Source: an uncultured Lachnospiraceae bacterium (GTDB lineage: Bacteria > Bacillota > Clostridia > Lachnospirales > Lachnospiraceae). From it: 64,000 bases of DNA. The notes under the pieces were generated by a model. That model saw only the letters and a list, made by a program, of their open reading frames with translations, did no database searches and had not been told where the DNA came from. Made by a program: the position numbers and the translations under genes. Location of the stretch: the NCBI GenBank assembly GCA_900554415.1, contig USGU01000001.1, positions 214,102 through 278,101 of the forward strand, in the 5' to 3' direction. This document shows positions 23,276-33,982 of this stretch, piece after piece. Within the stretch, counting starts at the first letter, position 1. Each line of letters begins with the position of its first letter.

Positions 23276-24472
23276 CTATTTTTCTTCATTTTTCTTCTGT
23301 TTTTTTACAAAATCTTCGTAAAGTGGTGACATATTACGCAGATTTGCTACGATTTCTTTCAACTTGTCCACAACAAAATCTACATCTTCTTTTGTTGTCT
23401 CTTCACTCAGTGTCAGTCTCAAAGAGCCATGTGCCTTTTCATGCGGCAGTCCGATTGCCAGAAGCACATGTGACGGATCCAGAGAACCTGATGTACAGGC
23501 CGAACCACTGGAAGCACAGACACCTGCCATATCAAGCATGATCAGCATAGACTCTCCTTCTACAAATTCAAAGCTGACGTTGACATTGTTTGGAAGACGT
23601 TTTGTTGTATGTCCGTTTAATCTGCTATATGGGATTTCATCCAGAATACGTTTTATCATGTAATCTCTTAATTCTGTCTCATATTTGATTCTCTCATCCA
23701 TTGTTGCAACTGCACGTTTTACGGCTGCTCCGTATCCCACGATGCCTGGAACATTTTCTGTACCGGCACGACGTTTTCTTTCCTGCGCACCGCCATGGAT
23801 AAAGGAACGAATCTTTACGCCCTGTCTGATATATAAGAAACCGATTCCTTTCGGTCCATTTAATTTATGTCCACTGGAACTGAGCATATCAATATGGCAT
23901 TCATCTACATTAATCGGAACATGTCCAAATGCCTGAACTGCATCTGTGTGGAATAATACACCATGCTTCTTTGCGATTTCTCCGATTTCTTTGATTGGTT
24001 CAATGGTTCCGATTTCATTGTTTGCAAACATTACAGAAATCAGGATTGTATCCGGACGGATTGCATTTTCCAGTTCTTCCAGTGAAACCAGACCATCTTT
24101 ATCCACATCGAGGAATGTGAATTCATAGCCTCTCTTTGTCAGATATTCTGCTGTATGAAGGATTGCATGATGCTCGATTTTTGTAGTGATGATATGTTTT
24201 CCCTTGCTTTCATATGCTTCAGCAGTAGCTTTTAATGCCCAGTTATCAGATTCTGTACCACCTGCTGTAAAATAAATTTCATTTCCTTTTGCACCAAGTG
24301 CGTTTGCAATAATATCCCTCTGTTCTGTTACAACTTGCTTATTCTTTGATGCAATGCTGTAAATAGCAGATGGATTTCCATACTGTTCTGTAAAATATGG
24401 AATCATCGCTTCTAATACCTCCGGTGCTGTCTTGGTCGTAGCTGCATTATCTAAATAAATTATTTTACTCAT
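23276..24472 (-). CDS. nifS: Cysteine desulfurase NifS/IscS
   Basis: YLDNAATT, NNEIGT, HTDAVQ, GHKLNGPKG, SSGSACTS. Confidence 0.96.
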   Translation of the reverse strand: MSKIIYLDNAATTKTAPEVLEAMIPYFTEQYGNPSAIYSIASKNKQVVTEQRDIIANALGAKGNEIYFTAGGTESDNWALKATAEAYESKGKHIITTKIEHHAILHTAEYLTKRGYEFTFLDVDKDGLVSLEELENAIRPDTILISVMFANNEIGTIEPIKEIGEIAKKHGVLFHTDAVQAFGHVPINVDECHIDMLSSSGHKLNGPKGIGFLYIRQGVKIRSFIHGGAQERKRRAGTENVPGIVGYGAAVKRAVATMDERIKYETELRDYMIKRILDEIPYSRLNGHTTKRLPNNVNVSFEFVEGESMLIMLDMAGVCASSGSACTSGSLDPSHVLLAIGLPHEKAHGSLRLTLSEETTKEDVDFVVDKLKEIVANLRNMSPLYEDFVKKQKKNEEK

Positions 24473-24903
24473 CTGTTTGTTCCTCCTTCAATTTTACTTC
24501 GTTCAACCAGTTCATCTATCATTATCTCATCGATTGTGTGAATGATACTTTCATTTATCTTTTTCCATACATATTTCGTCACACACTGGTCTTTCATACG
24601 GCATTCTTCGTCGTCATGGAGCGCTGCGCAGTCAACCAGTTCCATATCTCCCTCCAGGGCACGCAATACATCGCCTACAGACACTGTACTGACATCCCTT
24701 GCAGGCATATATCCTCCGCCAGCTCCACGAATACTCTTCACTAATCCAGCCTTCTTCATCTTAGCCATCAGTTGTTCCAAATACCGTTCTGACAAATGCT
24801 GCCGCTGGGCGATACTTCCAATTGAAACAGGTTCTTCACTCCCATATCTTGCTAAATCTATATATGCACGCAGTCCATATCTTCCTTTCGTCGATATTTT
24901 CAA
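24469..24903 (-). CDS. Rrf2 family regulator (IscR/CymR-like)
   Basis: MKISTKGRYG, YLEQL, SIRGAGGGY and three Cys. TTG start, heads the nifS-nifU operon. Confidence 0.92.
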   Translation of the reverse strand: MKISTKGRYGLRAYIDLARYGSEEPVSIGSIAQRQHLSERYLEQLMAKMKKAGLVKSIRGAGGGYMPARDVSTVSVGDVLRALEGDMELVDCAALHDDEECRMKDQCVTKYVWKKINESIIHTIDEIMIDELVERSKIEGGTNR

Positions 24904-24917
24904 TCAACCGCCTCCAT

Positions 24918-24977
24918 TTCCTACTAATATACTAGGATTTACGGGTATAATTTAACACATAACTGCTTCCATGTCAA
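24918..24977 (-). promoter_or_regulatory. Sigma-A promoter with a palindromic operator for the Rrf2-nifS-nifU-mnmA operon
   Basis: TTGACA(24977-24972)-N17-TAAATT, then the imperfect palindrome TCCTA-GTATATTAG-TAGGA just before the RBS. Confidence 0.6.
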
Positions 24978-25525
24978 CGCATAGATGAAAAAATTTCCAA
25001 CATCCATTTTACTATAGCAGGATTCACATATGTTTCCATGATAATTCCCGCAAACATCATAAGTACAACTGTACCCATTTTCCATCCGTTCCATCTGATG
25101 TTCTCTTTCTCCATAAAATAATTAATAATTATAACATAAGCAAAACCATAAAACAATATCTGCGGGAATAACGCTGCCACATAAAACAACATTCCAATGA
25201 TTCCCATCCTCATTACGGCGGCAACAGCCAGGATTCCTCCTGCAAAGCCTGTCCACAAAAGACATACTTCACCCGCAATCTTTCGAAACCGTGTCATACC
25301 CGCAACTCCCAAAAGCGCCAGCGGCAAAGTTCTTTGTCTTATCAGATAAATAAAATACTGTTCAGACACAATCTGCTGATTCACATATTGTCCAAGGAAA
25401 AATTCATGAAAAATGCCTGTAGTTGTCACATACTTTGAGCCGACAAAATTAGCATATACAATTCCCAGCAAAAAACCCGCCATATATAAGAAAAGCAAAG
25501 AGTAATATTTATTTCTGTGAACCAC
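24974..25525 (-). CDS. Stage II sporulation protein M-like membrane protein
   Basis: Hydrophobic protein with GFLLG near the N-terminus, a LFPQ motif and a C-terminal ETYVNP. Preceded by a sigma-E-like promoter. Confidence 0.7.
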   Translation of the reverse strand: MVHRNKYYSLLFLYMAGFLLGIVYANFVGSKYVTTTGIFHEFFLGQYVNQQIVSEQYFIYLIRQRTLPLALLGVAGMTRFRKIAGEVCLLWTGFAGGILAVAAVMRMGIIGMLFYVAALFPQILFYGFAYVIIINYFMEKENIRWNGWKMGTVVLMMFAGIIMETYVNPAIVKWMLEIFSSMR

Positions 25526-25554
25526 GTATCTTTCCTCCGTTCTACCGATATTCC

Positions 25555-25582
25555 ATTATATGTCTGATTTTGCTTTTTATGA
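25555..25582 (-). promoter_or_regulatory. Sigma-E-like promoter of the spoIIM-like gene
   Basis: TCATAAA-N13-CATATAAT fits the mother-cell sigma-E pattern. Confidence 0.55.
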
Positions 25583-25835
25583 TATCTGAGAGTCCTTTCA
25601 GTAACCTGTTTCGTGCGTTCTCGGCAGTCGCCAAGGTCTTACGCATACACGGACATCGGCCCGTTTCAGATAACAATATATTTTACGGTTTTTGCACCAA
25701 TTTGACCCCAATCATATCATATGAGACAGTATATTGCAGGACAAAATAGAAAAATAAAAAAGGCACAAAATACTGGAATCCTTGTTTTTCCAATACTTTC
25801 GCACCTTTTTTGAATTTCTAAATTAATGGTTATCG

Positions 25836-27392
25836 CTATTTGGCATAATCAGTAACACGTGATTCACGAATTACATTTACCTTAATCTGTCCTGGATATT
25901 CCAATTCGAATTCAATCTGTTTTGAAATATCTCTTGCCAGTAATACCATATCATCATCAGATATCTGTTCCGGAACTACCATTACGCGAATCTCTCTACC
26001 CGCCTGAATTGCAAAAGACTTATCAACCCCTTTGAACTGGTTGGTTATTTCTTCTAACTGTTTTAATCTGTTTGTATATGTTTCCAATGTTTCTCTTCTT
26101 GCACCCGGTCTTGCAGCCGAAATGGTATCCGCTGCCTGTACAACACACGCAATCAGAGATTCTGGTTCCACATCCCCATGATGTGCCTCTACCGCATTAA
26201 TAATAATCGGAGATTCCTTGTACTTTCTGCACAAATCTGCACCAATCTGAATATGAGACCCTTCCACATCATGGTCAATTGATTTACCAATGTCATGTAA
26301 AAGTCCGGCACGTTTTGCAGTACGGACATCCAGTCCGATTTCCCCTGCTAACAATCCAGAAAGCTGTGCTACCTCGATAGAATGCTTCAGTGCATTCTGA
26401 CCATAGCTTGTTCTGAACTTCATACGTCCAAGAAGACGGATTAATTCCGGATGAATTGCATGCACGCCAACTTCCAGCGCTGCTGCTTCACCCTCTTCAC
26501 GAATCATTGTATCCACTTCTTTTTGTGCCTTTTCTACCATTTCTTCGATTCTTGCCGGATGGATACGTCCGTCAACAATCAGACGTTCCAGTGCAATTCT
26601 TGCCACTTCCCTGCGAATCGGGTCAAATCCTGATAATACTACCGCTTCCGGTGTATCATCAATTATCAGTTCCACTCCGGTCAGTGTTTCCAGAGTACGG
26701 ATATTACGTCCTTCTCTACCGATAATTCTTCCTTTCATCTCATCACTTGGAAGCTGCACTACAGAAATTGTAGTTTCAGCCACATGATCCGCTGCACATC
26801 TCTGAATTGCTGTCACGACGTATTCTTTTGCTTTCTTTTCCGCATCTTCCTTCGCCTGATTTTCCAATTCTTTAATCATCTTTGCAGTATCATGTTTTAC
26901 ATCTTGTTCAACAGTTTTTAACAGATAATCCTTTGCTTGTTCGGAGGTTAATCCTGAGATTCGTTCTAGTTCCTGTACTCTTTGCTTGCTAAGTTCTTCT
27001 ACTTTCGCTTCGCGCTGCCTCATCGCTTCTTCTTTTGCCGTGAATGATGCTTCACGACGTTCAATAGCATCCGAACGCTTATCTACGGCTTCCTCTTTGG
27101 AAAGGACTCGCTTCTCATAACGCTGTAATTCTGCTCTACGTTCTTTTGTTTCCTTTTCGAGCTCATTCTTTGTTTTGATAGATTCTTCCTTAATCTCCAA
27201 AAGGGACTCCTTCTTCTTCGCCTCGGCCGTTTTCAATGCATCATCTATTATTTCTCTTGCTTTGATATCAGCATTCCCAATCTTGGAATTTGCATCATTC
27301 TTTAACTTGGATACTGTTGCAAAATAAGTAATAGGCACTGCCACTATCATGGTGACAACTACTGCAGCAATAGCTATTCCTATTATCGGCAC
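25836..27392 (-). CDS. rny: Ribonuclease Y
   Basis: N-terminal TM helix, coiled coil, KH domain ([13 protein letters not shown]), HD domain (LLHDIGK), SAARPGAR. Confidence 0.97.
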   Translation of the reverse strand: MPIIGIAIAAVVVTMIVAVPITYFATVSKLKNDANSKIGNADIKAREIIDDALKTAEAKKKESLLEIKEESIKTKNELEKETKERRAELQRYEKRVLSKEEAVDKRSDAIERREASFTAKEEAMRQREAKVEELSKQRVQELERISGLTSEQAKDYLLKTVEQDVKHDTAKMIKELENQAKEDAEKKAKEYVVTAIQRCAADHVAETTISVVQLPSDEMKGRIIGREGRNIRTLETLTGVELIIDDTPEAVVLSGFDPIRREVARIALERLIVDGRIHPARIEEMVEKAQKEVDTMIREEGEAAALEVGVHAIHPELIRLLGRMKFRTSYGQNALKHSIEVAQLSGLLAGEIGLDVRTAKRAGLLHDIGKSIDHDVEGSHIQIGADLCRKYKESPIIINAVEAHHGDVEPESLIACVVQAADTISAARPGARRETLETYTNRLKQLEEITNQFKGVDKSFAIQAGREIRVMVVPEQISDDDMVLLARDISKQIEFELEYPGQIKVNVIRESRVTDYAK

Positions 27393-27465
27393 AGGAGCAC
27401 CTCCTTATTTAGTTTTCATTGCACAAAGTACAACAGTTAAATTTTATACTGTTTTGGTAAATATG

Positions 27466-28068
27466 TCAAGCTTTCGCCAGTGCCTTTCGAATTTCTTCGT
27501 AAGAAAATCCTTTTCTCATCAGATATCCATACATTTTCTGCTTCTGTTTTTCATCCATTTCAGAAGGTATCCATCGTTTTTTCTCCATAAGCCTCAGAAT
27601 TGTAGCTTCCTCTGTCTCTTCCTGATACATTTCTTCCAGTATAACATCTACCTGCTCTCCTTTGATGCCTTTCTGTCCCAGAAGCATACGAATTTCCCGT
27701 TTGCTCTTATTCGCCTTCTTACTGATAACAAAATTACGGACATACGCTTCATCATTGATATACCCAAAAGATTTCACATAAGAAATGGCAGCTTCCACCA
27801 CATCTTCTGGATACCCGTTCCGAGCCAGTTTCTCCCGAAGCTGATGTTCAGTTCTTGGCATGGCATTCAACAAATGCATGGCTCGCAGCTTCGCACGCTT
27901 TACAAGTACTTCACCTTTAATCCGAGCTATGGTTTCTTCTGTTATCTCATGTCCTTTTCTCACCTGATACTTAGACAATTCGCCTTTGTATAATACAAAG
28001 GCGAATGTTTCATCAATATAAATATTATATCTTGTCTTCGTCAGGGCTTCGATTTCTGTCACAATCAT
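27466..28068 (-). CDS. recX: Regulatory protein RecX
   Basis: Downstream of recA. RTE.QLREKL, GYINDEAY, LGQKGI, LMRKGF. Confidence 0.9.
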   Translation of the reverse strand: MIVTEIEALTKTRYNIYIDETFAFVLYKGELSKYQVRKGHEITEETIARIKGEVLVKRAKLRAMHLLNAMPRTEHQLREKLARNGYPEDVVEAAISYVKSFGYINDEAYVRNFVISKKANKSKREIRMLLGQKGIKGEQVDVILEEMYQEETEEATILRLMEKKRWIPSEMDEKQKQKMYGYLMRKGFSYEEIRKALAKA

Positions 28069-28093
28069 CTATCTGTCACCTGTGCACCTGAAT

Positions 28094-29134
28094 TTATTTT
28101 TCTTTGTTCTCATTATCCTCTGCTGCTTCTTCGCCAAGTCCGTAATGTTCACGAACCTTTTCTGCGATTTCTGCCATAATCTCCGGGTGTTCTGTCAGAT
28201 AAGTCTTGGCATTCTCTCTACCCTGACCAATCTTTTCTCCATTATATGCATACCATGCACCACTCTTGCTTACCACGTTCACATTGGCAGCCAAATCCAG
28301 AATATCTCCCTCTTTGGAAATACCTTTACCAAACATAATATCAAACTCAGCTTCTTTAAACGGAGGGGCAATCTTATTTTTCACAATCTTGACACGGACA
28401 CGGTTACCAACCATCTCACCGCCCTGCTTTAATGTCTCAATCCTTCTGACATCCATACGCACAGAAGCATAGAACTTCAGTGCACGTCCACCTGTTGTTG
28501 TCTCCGGATTACCGAACATGACGCCCACTTTCTCACGTAACTGGTTAATAAAGATAACAACACAGTTCGACTTACTGATTACCGGTGTCAGCTTTCTGAG
28601 AGCCTGAGACATCAATCTTGCCTGAAGACCTACATGGGAATCTCCCATATCTCCTTCTATTTCCTGCTTCGGAACAAGTGCAGCTACGGAATCCACTACA
28701 ATAATGTCAATTGCACCGGAACGAACCATAGTTTCAGTAATTTCCAGTGCCTGGTCTCCACTGTCTGGCTGGGAAATATATAGTTCATCAATATCCACAC
28801 CGATATTCTTCGCATATACCGGGTCTAATGCATGCTCTGCATCAATAAATCCTGCAATTCCGCCACGCTTCTGCACTTCGGCTATCATATGCAGGGCAAC
28901 GGTTGTCTTACCACTGGATTCCGGTCCATAGATTTCCACAATTCTTCCCTTCGGTACTCCACCCATTCCCAACGCTAAATCCAGACTTAATGAACCGGTC
29001 GGTACTGTCTCAACCTGAACCTGTGCTGCCGGATCTCCAAGCTTCATTACCGCACCTTTTCCAAAATCTTTCTCCAGCTTTGCAATTGCTGCCTCCAACG
29101 CTTTCTTTTTATTCTCATCTGTCATATTTGCCAT
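28094..29134 (-). CDS. recA: Recombinase A
   Basis: [45 protein letters not shown]. Confidence 0.99.
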   Translation of the reverse strand: MANMTDENKKKALEAAIAKLEKDFGKGAVMKLGDPAAQVQVETVPTGSLSLDLALGMGGVPKGRIVEIYGPESSGKTTVALHMIAEVQKRGGIAGFIDAEHALDPVYAKNIGVDIDELYISQPDSGDQALEITETMVRSGAIDIIVVDSVAALVPKQEIEGDMGDSHVGLQARLMSQALRKLTPVISKSNCVVIFINQLREKVGVMFGNPETTTGGRALKFYASVRMDVRRIETLKQGGEMVGNRVRVKIVKNKIAPPFKEAEFDIMFGKGISKEGDILDLAANVNVVSKSGAWYAYNGEKIGQGRENAKTYLTEHPEIMAEIAEKVREHYGLGEEAAEDNENKEK

Positions 29135-29155
29135 ATATTTTCTCCTCATATATCC

Positions 29156-29205
29156 GAACGAATGTTTGTTTTCTACATATTAGTACATACGTTCTGTTTT
29201 GTCAA
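29156..29205 (-). promoter_or_regulatory. recA promoter with two LexA (SOS) boxes
   Basis: TTGACA(29205-29200)-N17-TAATAT. GAAC-GTAT-GTAC lies in the spacer (29183-29194) and GAAC-GAAT-GTTT at 29156-29167. Each is one mismatch from GAAC-N4-GTTC. Confidence 0.8.
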
Positions 29206-29251
29206 GTTCTTTTCTTCTTTTTGTTATCTGATTTTCTTTTCAGAAGCAAAC

Positions 29252-30076
29252 CTATAATGCAAATATCTCCGCCAATGCCTGTGCCACCCCATCTTCATGG
29301 TGAGTTTCTGTAATCCAGTCTGCCGCATCCTTACAATCAGGCACTGCATTTTCCACTGCAATTCCAAGTCCTGCCGCCCGGAGCAGTTCGCAGTCATTTT
29401 CTCCATCGCCAAATGCTACCACCGACTCCATAGGTATCCCAAGCCGCCTCATAAGTCTGGTAACAGCCTGATGTTTGCCGGATTCCATGTTGGAAATTTC
29501 TATCAGATGACTGGCACTGCTGGTAATATATACATTATCAAAAGCTTCCTGAATCCGCTTACGGATATATGTTTTATCTTCCTCTCTTACTACCACATCG
29601 ATTCCGTCCAGATTCTTTCTATGTACAACCAGAAATGCTTCCATATCTTCAACCGGTTCTCTTGTCCGTTCCACATAACCGGCAATCATCTCATTTCCTG
29701 CAAAAGCAGAAGGATTTTCCCAATATGCTCTGCTTGCATAGGCTTTTCCGTCAATAAAGCACTCATATGCAACAGGGCTGGAACGCAGTGCAGCACATAT
29801 CTTCTGTGCTGCTTCTTCCGGCAGCTTTGAGCACCACAAAGGCTGTTTTTCCAGAAGGTCGTATATCATCGCCCCATTGGATGTAATAATATAGCGCAAG
29901 CTTTTTATCTCCAGTACATCCTCAGGATAAGAGCACAGAGGACGTCCACTCGCAGGGACAAACAGAACTCCTTTTTGTTGCAACTTCTTCAACACACTCT
30001 TCGTCTTTTCTGATAAAGCATCTCCATGCTGCAGAAGGGTCAAATCCAAATCCGATACCACACATTTATACTCCAT
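29252..30076 (-). CDS. Cof-type HAD-IIB hydrolase
   Basis: SDLDLTL, ASGR, TSNGA, K..A, AFGDGEND, DGV. Confidence 0.92.
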   Translation of the reverse strand: MEYKCVVSDLDLTLLQHGDALSEKTKSVLKKLQQKGVLFVPASGRPLCSYPEDVLEIKSLRYIITSNGAMIYDLLEKQPLWCSKLPEEAAQKICAALRSSPVAYECFIDGKAYASRAYWENPSAFAGNEMIAGYVERTREPVEDMEAFLVVHRKNLDGIDVVVREEDKTYIRKRIQEAFDNVYITSSASHLIEISNMESGKHQAVTRLMRRLGIPMESVVAFGDGENDCELLRAAGLGIAVENAVPDCKDAADWITETHHEDGVAQALAEIFAL

Positions 30077-30105
30077 TGCACTACCCACTTTGCTTCTATT
30101 TATTT

Positions 30106-30771
30106 CTATCTTTTTTCTACAACTTCGCCTCGTTTTTTGTAAATACTGTTTGCAGGCACATATCCGCGGACCATAGACAGTGGATAAATATTCGTGTTCT
30201 TTCCTACCACACTTCCTGGATTCAGCACCGTTCCACAGCCTACTTCCACATTGTCGCCAAGCATGGCACCGAACTTTTTCATTCCTGTTTCAATATTTTC
30301 TTCTGGTGTTTTTACAACAACCAGCTTTTTATCTGATTTTACATTCGATGTAATAGAACCTGCGCCCATGTGAGCCTTGAATCCCAAAATCGAATCTCCC
30401 ACATAATTGTAATGAGGAACCTGCACTTTATTAAACAGAATAACGTTTTTTAACTCTGTAGAATTTCCTACTACTGCCCCTTCTCCTACAATGGCATTTG
30501 CACGGATAAATGCACAATGTCTTACTTCTGCTTCCTTCCCAATGATTGCCGGTCCCCCGATAAATGCAGTTGGAGCCACCTTCGCACTTTTTGCAATCCA
30601 TACATTATCTCCACGCTTTTCATATTCCTCTTCCGATAATGTGGCACCTAATTCCATAATAAAATTACTGATTTTCGGCAGTACTTCCCACGGATACTCT
30701 ACGCCTTCGAAAATGTCTTTTGCTATGGTTTCATCCAACGTATACATTTCTTTTACTGTCATTTCTTTCAT
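30106..30771 (-). CDS. GlmU C-terminal-like hexapeptide-repeat acyltransferase
   Basis: Left-handed beta-helix repeats, HYNYVGDS, GAGSITSN, KFGAMLGD. No nucleotidyltransferase domain. Confidence 0.8.
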   Translation of the reverse strand: MKEMTVKEMYTLDETIAKDIFEGVEYPWEVLPKISNFIMELGATLSEEEYEKRGDNVWIAKSAKVAPTAFIGGPAIIGKEAEVRHCAFIRANAIVGEGAVVGNSTELKNVILFNKVQVPHYNYVGDSILGFKAHMGAGSITSNVKSDKKLVVVKTPEENIETGMKKFGAMLGDNVEVGCGTVLNPGSVVGKNTNIYPLSMVRGYVPANSIYKKRGEVVEKR

Positions 30772-30777
30772 GCTTGT

Positions 30778-32862
30778 TTACTCCTTTTCACTCTTTTTAC
30801 TCTTTGCTGTACTTTTTTTATTACTCTTATAGCTACTATTCTTATTTTGATTATTCTTATAATACGAAGCTGCTTTATCATAATATGCCTTCAAATGGTA
30901 CTGATTCTGTACCCCCAGCACACCATTGGTTCTGCTGATGATAAAATTCCGCAATTTTATCATATATTCTTCGGAAGTAATTTCTCCGTCAGCAACATAG
31001 GTCAGACCTTTTTCCCAGCTTGCAGTAAGTTCCGGGTTCAGGAGGGAACGAATGGAACTGGCAACCACATCGTACACCATTTCCCCGAGTAAGGTCGGTG
31101 TAATGACCTGGGTTTTCTTATTCAGAGACAAATACTTGATATTAAACAATTTTTTTAAAATTTCCGCACGGGTCGCACTGGTTCCGATTCCGCTTCCCTT
31201 TATCTGGGCACGAAGTTCTTCATCCTCGATTAACTGCCCTGCATTTTCCATGGCAAGAATCATAGAACCAGAGTTATAACGCTTCGGTGGTGCGGTTTCT
31301 CCTTCCTTAATATCAAGTCCCGATACCGCCAGAATATCACCTTTTTTCATTTTCTGAATATATTCAAACAGATGAATATCCAAATCTTTTCCTTCGCTGT
31401 TTTCCGCATTATCATCGCTGTCATTCTCATTCGATTTTTTATTTTTCGGAACTCCGACTACTTTTAAATACCCTTCTTTTGCAAGCACACGGAAATTAGA
31501 GAAAAACTGTTCTTCCTTTATCTGCGTCACGATGGCAACCTTCTGATATTCCGCTGCCGGATAGAAAATGCTCAAAAAACGTCGTACAATCAGTTCATAT
31601 ACCTGCTGAGAAGTATGGGATACAGATGACAGTGCAGATATTCCCTGTCCCGTTGGGATAATTGCATAATGGTCCGTAATCTGCTTATCATTGACATATC
31701 TGGTCTTTGCCAGATTCTTATAGCTTTCCAACTGTAAAATATCCTTCAGATACGGCTCCGCAAGCTTATATTTATACAGACCGTTCAGATTCTTGGTAAT
31801 TTCCTTTGCCACAGCCGTAGATAAAACACGGGCATCCGTTCTTGGATAGGTCACCAGCTTTTTCTCGTACAGTTCCTGCACAATCCGCAAGGTTTCATCC
31901 GGGCTGATTTTAAACCGCTTGGAACATTCGTTCTGAAGTTCTGCCAGGTTAAATAAAAGCGGTGGATTTTTCTTTTCTTTCTTCTTTTCGATTGAAAGAA
32001 TCCGGCACTGAAGTGGTTCATTTTCACTTCGAAGCCAGGCAATTAATTCTTCTGCGTCCCGTCGCTCTTTAAATCCATTTTCCTTATAAAGCTTCAGAGA
32101 TTCAAAATACCGGCTTCCCTTTACCGCCCGCCATTCTCCTTCGAAAGTGCCGCCTTCCGTGGTAACCGTCTCGATAACTCTGTAAAATGGTGTTTTAACA
32201 AATTCCCGGATTTCCCGTTCTCTGCGTACCACCATACCAAGTACACAAGTCATTACTCTGCCCACGGAAATCACGGTATATTTATTTCCAAGATACCTGG
32301 AAATACTGTCTCCATACTTCAATGTCAGAAGTCTGGAAAAATTAATTCCCATCAGATAATCCTCTTTCGCCCTCAAATAAGCTGATTCTGACAGATTATC
32401 ATAAGCAGACAAATCCTTTGCCTCCCGGATTCCTCGTAAAATTTCCTCTTCGGTCTGGGAGTCAATCCAGACTCTCCGGCGTTCTTTGCCCTTTACCCCT
32501 GCCATCTGCTCTACCAGACGGTATATATATTCTCCTTCACGTCCCGAGTCGGTACATACATAAATGCACGAAATATCCTCTCTGGTCAGAAGCATCTTTA
32601 CCGTGTCAAACTGCTTTTTTACAGAAGGAATTACCTCATATTTAAATTCATCTGGTATGAATGGTAAAGTCTGGAGACTCCATTTCTTATACTTTTCATC
32701 GTACACTTCCGGGTAACTCATAGTAACCAGATGTCCGACACACCAGGTAACAACCGCGTCATCTCCCTCTAAATATCCGTCTTTCCTCTTCATGTTCAAG
32801 TGTAATGCCTTGGCAAATTCCTGCGCTACACTGGGTTTTTCCGCAATAAATATATTTTTCAT
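30778..32862 (-). CDS. topB: Type IA DNA topoisomerase (topoisomerase III-like)
   Basis: IAEKPSVA, TWCVGHL, TDSGREGE, SVGRV, TYPRTD catalytic Tyr, DHYAIIPT, GIGTSATRA. Confidence 0.9.
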   Translation of the reverse strand: MKNIFIAEKPSVAQEFAKALHLNMKRKDGYLEGDDAVVTWCVGHLVTMSYPEVYDEKYKKWSLQTLPFIPDEFKYEVIPSVKKQFDTVKMLLTREDISCIYVCTDSGREGEYIYRLVEQMAGVKGKERRRVWIDSQTEEEILRGIREAKDLSAYDNLSESAYLRAKEDYLMGINFSRLLTLKYGDSISRYLGNKYTVISVGRVMTCVLGMVVRREREIREFVKTPFYRVIETVTTEGGTFEGEWRAVKGSRYFESLKLYKENGFKERRDAEELIAWLRSENEPLQCRILSIEKKKEKKNPPLLFNLAELQNECSKRFKISPDETLRIVQELYEKKLVTYPRTDARVLSTAVAKEITKNLNGLYKYKLAEPYLKDILQLESYKNLAKTRYVNDKQITDHYAIIPTGQGISALSSVSHTSQQVYELIVRRFLSIFYPAAEYQKVAIVTQIKEEQFFSNFRVLAKEGYLKVVGVPKNKKSNENDSDDNAENSEGKDLDIHLFEYIQKMKKGDILAVSGLDIKEGETAPPKRYNSGSMILAMENAGQLIEDEELRAQIKGSGIGTSATRAEILKKLFNIKYLSLNKKTQVITPTLLGEMVYDVVASSIRSLLNPELTASWEKGLTYVADGEITSEEYMIKLRNFIISRTNGVLGVQNQYHLKAYYDKAASYYKNNQNKNSSYKSNKKSTAKSKKSEKE

Positions 32863-33068
32863 AAATATTCTTAGTTACAGCCTCTGACTGTCCTTTTATC
32901 TTTCTCTAGTTTTCATTCAAATTCCAACGTCAAAAGGTGGCCGGTTACAGCGAACACAGATACAACTGTAACTGACCACCCTTGCCTCACAGTATAACAC
33001 ATTCTGTCTCATTCTGCCATACTGACAACCATCAGGTACTCTTCTTTCTTTTACATGATAATCGCTTT

Positions 33069-33821
33069 CTATTGTTCCGCACCCATCAGTGCAGCACCAA
33101 TCGCTCCTGCATATCTTGCAAGCGGATCACTCTTAACCGGTGCTTTCAGCGCATTTTCCAGTCTCTCAATTACATACTGGTCTTCACACAATCCACCTGT
33201 CAGGAAATATTTATCACTTGGCACCTGCGCAATTAACTGCACAACTTTCATAATTACTGATTCGATGACTCCGAATGCAATATCTTCTCTTGGGGTACCA
33301 CGTCCAATCAGACTGATAACCTCTGACTCTGCAAATACTGTACACATAGAACTGATGGTAATATGTTCTCCTTTTCTCGCCAAATCAGACAGTTCATTCT
33401 GAGTCAGTCCCAGACGGTTTGTCATAACCTCAATAAATTTTCCTGTTCCTGCTGAACATTTATCGTTCATAAGGAACTTCATTACACGACCATTCTTTAA
33501 AGAAATTCCTTTTGTATCCTGTCCTCCGATGTCAATGACGGTTCCATCATCATGGAATAAATAATATGCGCCCTTTCCATGACAGGTAATCTCTGTCACC
33601 ACGCGGTCAGCATAAGGCACAGAAATACGTCCGTATCCAGTTGCTACATAAGTTGCATTTTCTTTATTAATTCCTTCTGCTTCCAGCTTTTCATAAATAT
33701 CATCTGCGGTCTTTCTGCTGCTGAATCCTGTATTGAGCAGAAGATGTTTTACCACTTTTCCATCTTCCATTACCACTACCTTTGCTGCACTTGACCCTAT
33801 ATCAATTCCCACAAAATACAT
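33069..33821 (-). CDS. Stand-alone acyl-CoA dehydratase activase (HgdC/HadI-like)
   Basis: GIDIGSS, TGYGR, EITCHG, DIGGQDTK, MNDKCSAGTG, SMCTVFAESE, GAIGAA. Confidence 0.92.
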   Translation of the reverse strand: MYFVGIDIGSSAAKVVVMEDGKVVKHLLLNTGFSSRKTADDIYEKLEAEGINKENATYVATGYGRISVPYADRVVTEITCHGKGAYYLFHDDGTVIDIGGQDTKGISLKNGRVMKFLMNDKCSAGTGKFIEVMTNRLGLTQNELSDLARKGEHITISSMCTVFAESEVISLIGRGTPREDIAFGVIESVIMKVVQLIAQVPSDKYFLTGGLCEDQYVIERLENALKAPVKSDPLARYAGAIGAALMGAEQ

Positions 33822-33982
33822 GTCTTCCTCCTGCTCCGTCCTTATTCAAAGTCCGTTTTTGTCTCTTTCTTCACTATTTCTAGTTTATTATTTTACATGT
33901 CATTCGTCAAATTGATAAAATCTATAAATCCTAAAAAAACAGCTTATATTCAATACTTCTATTTATCAAACATGGCGTATGT

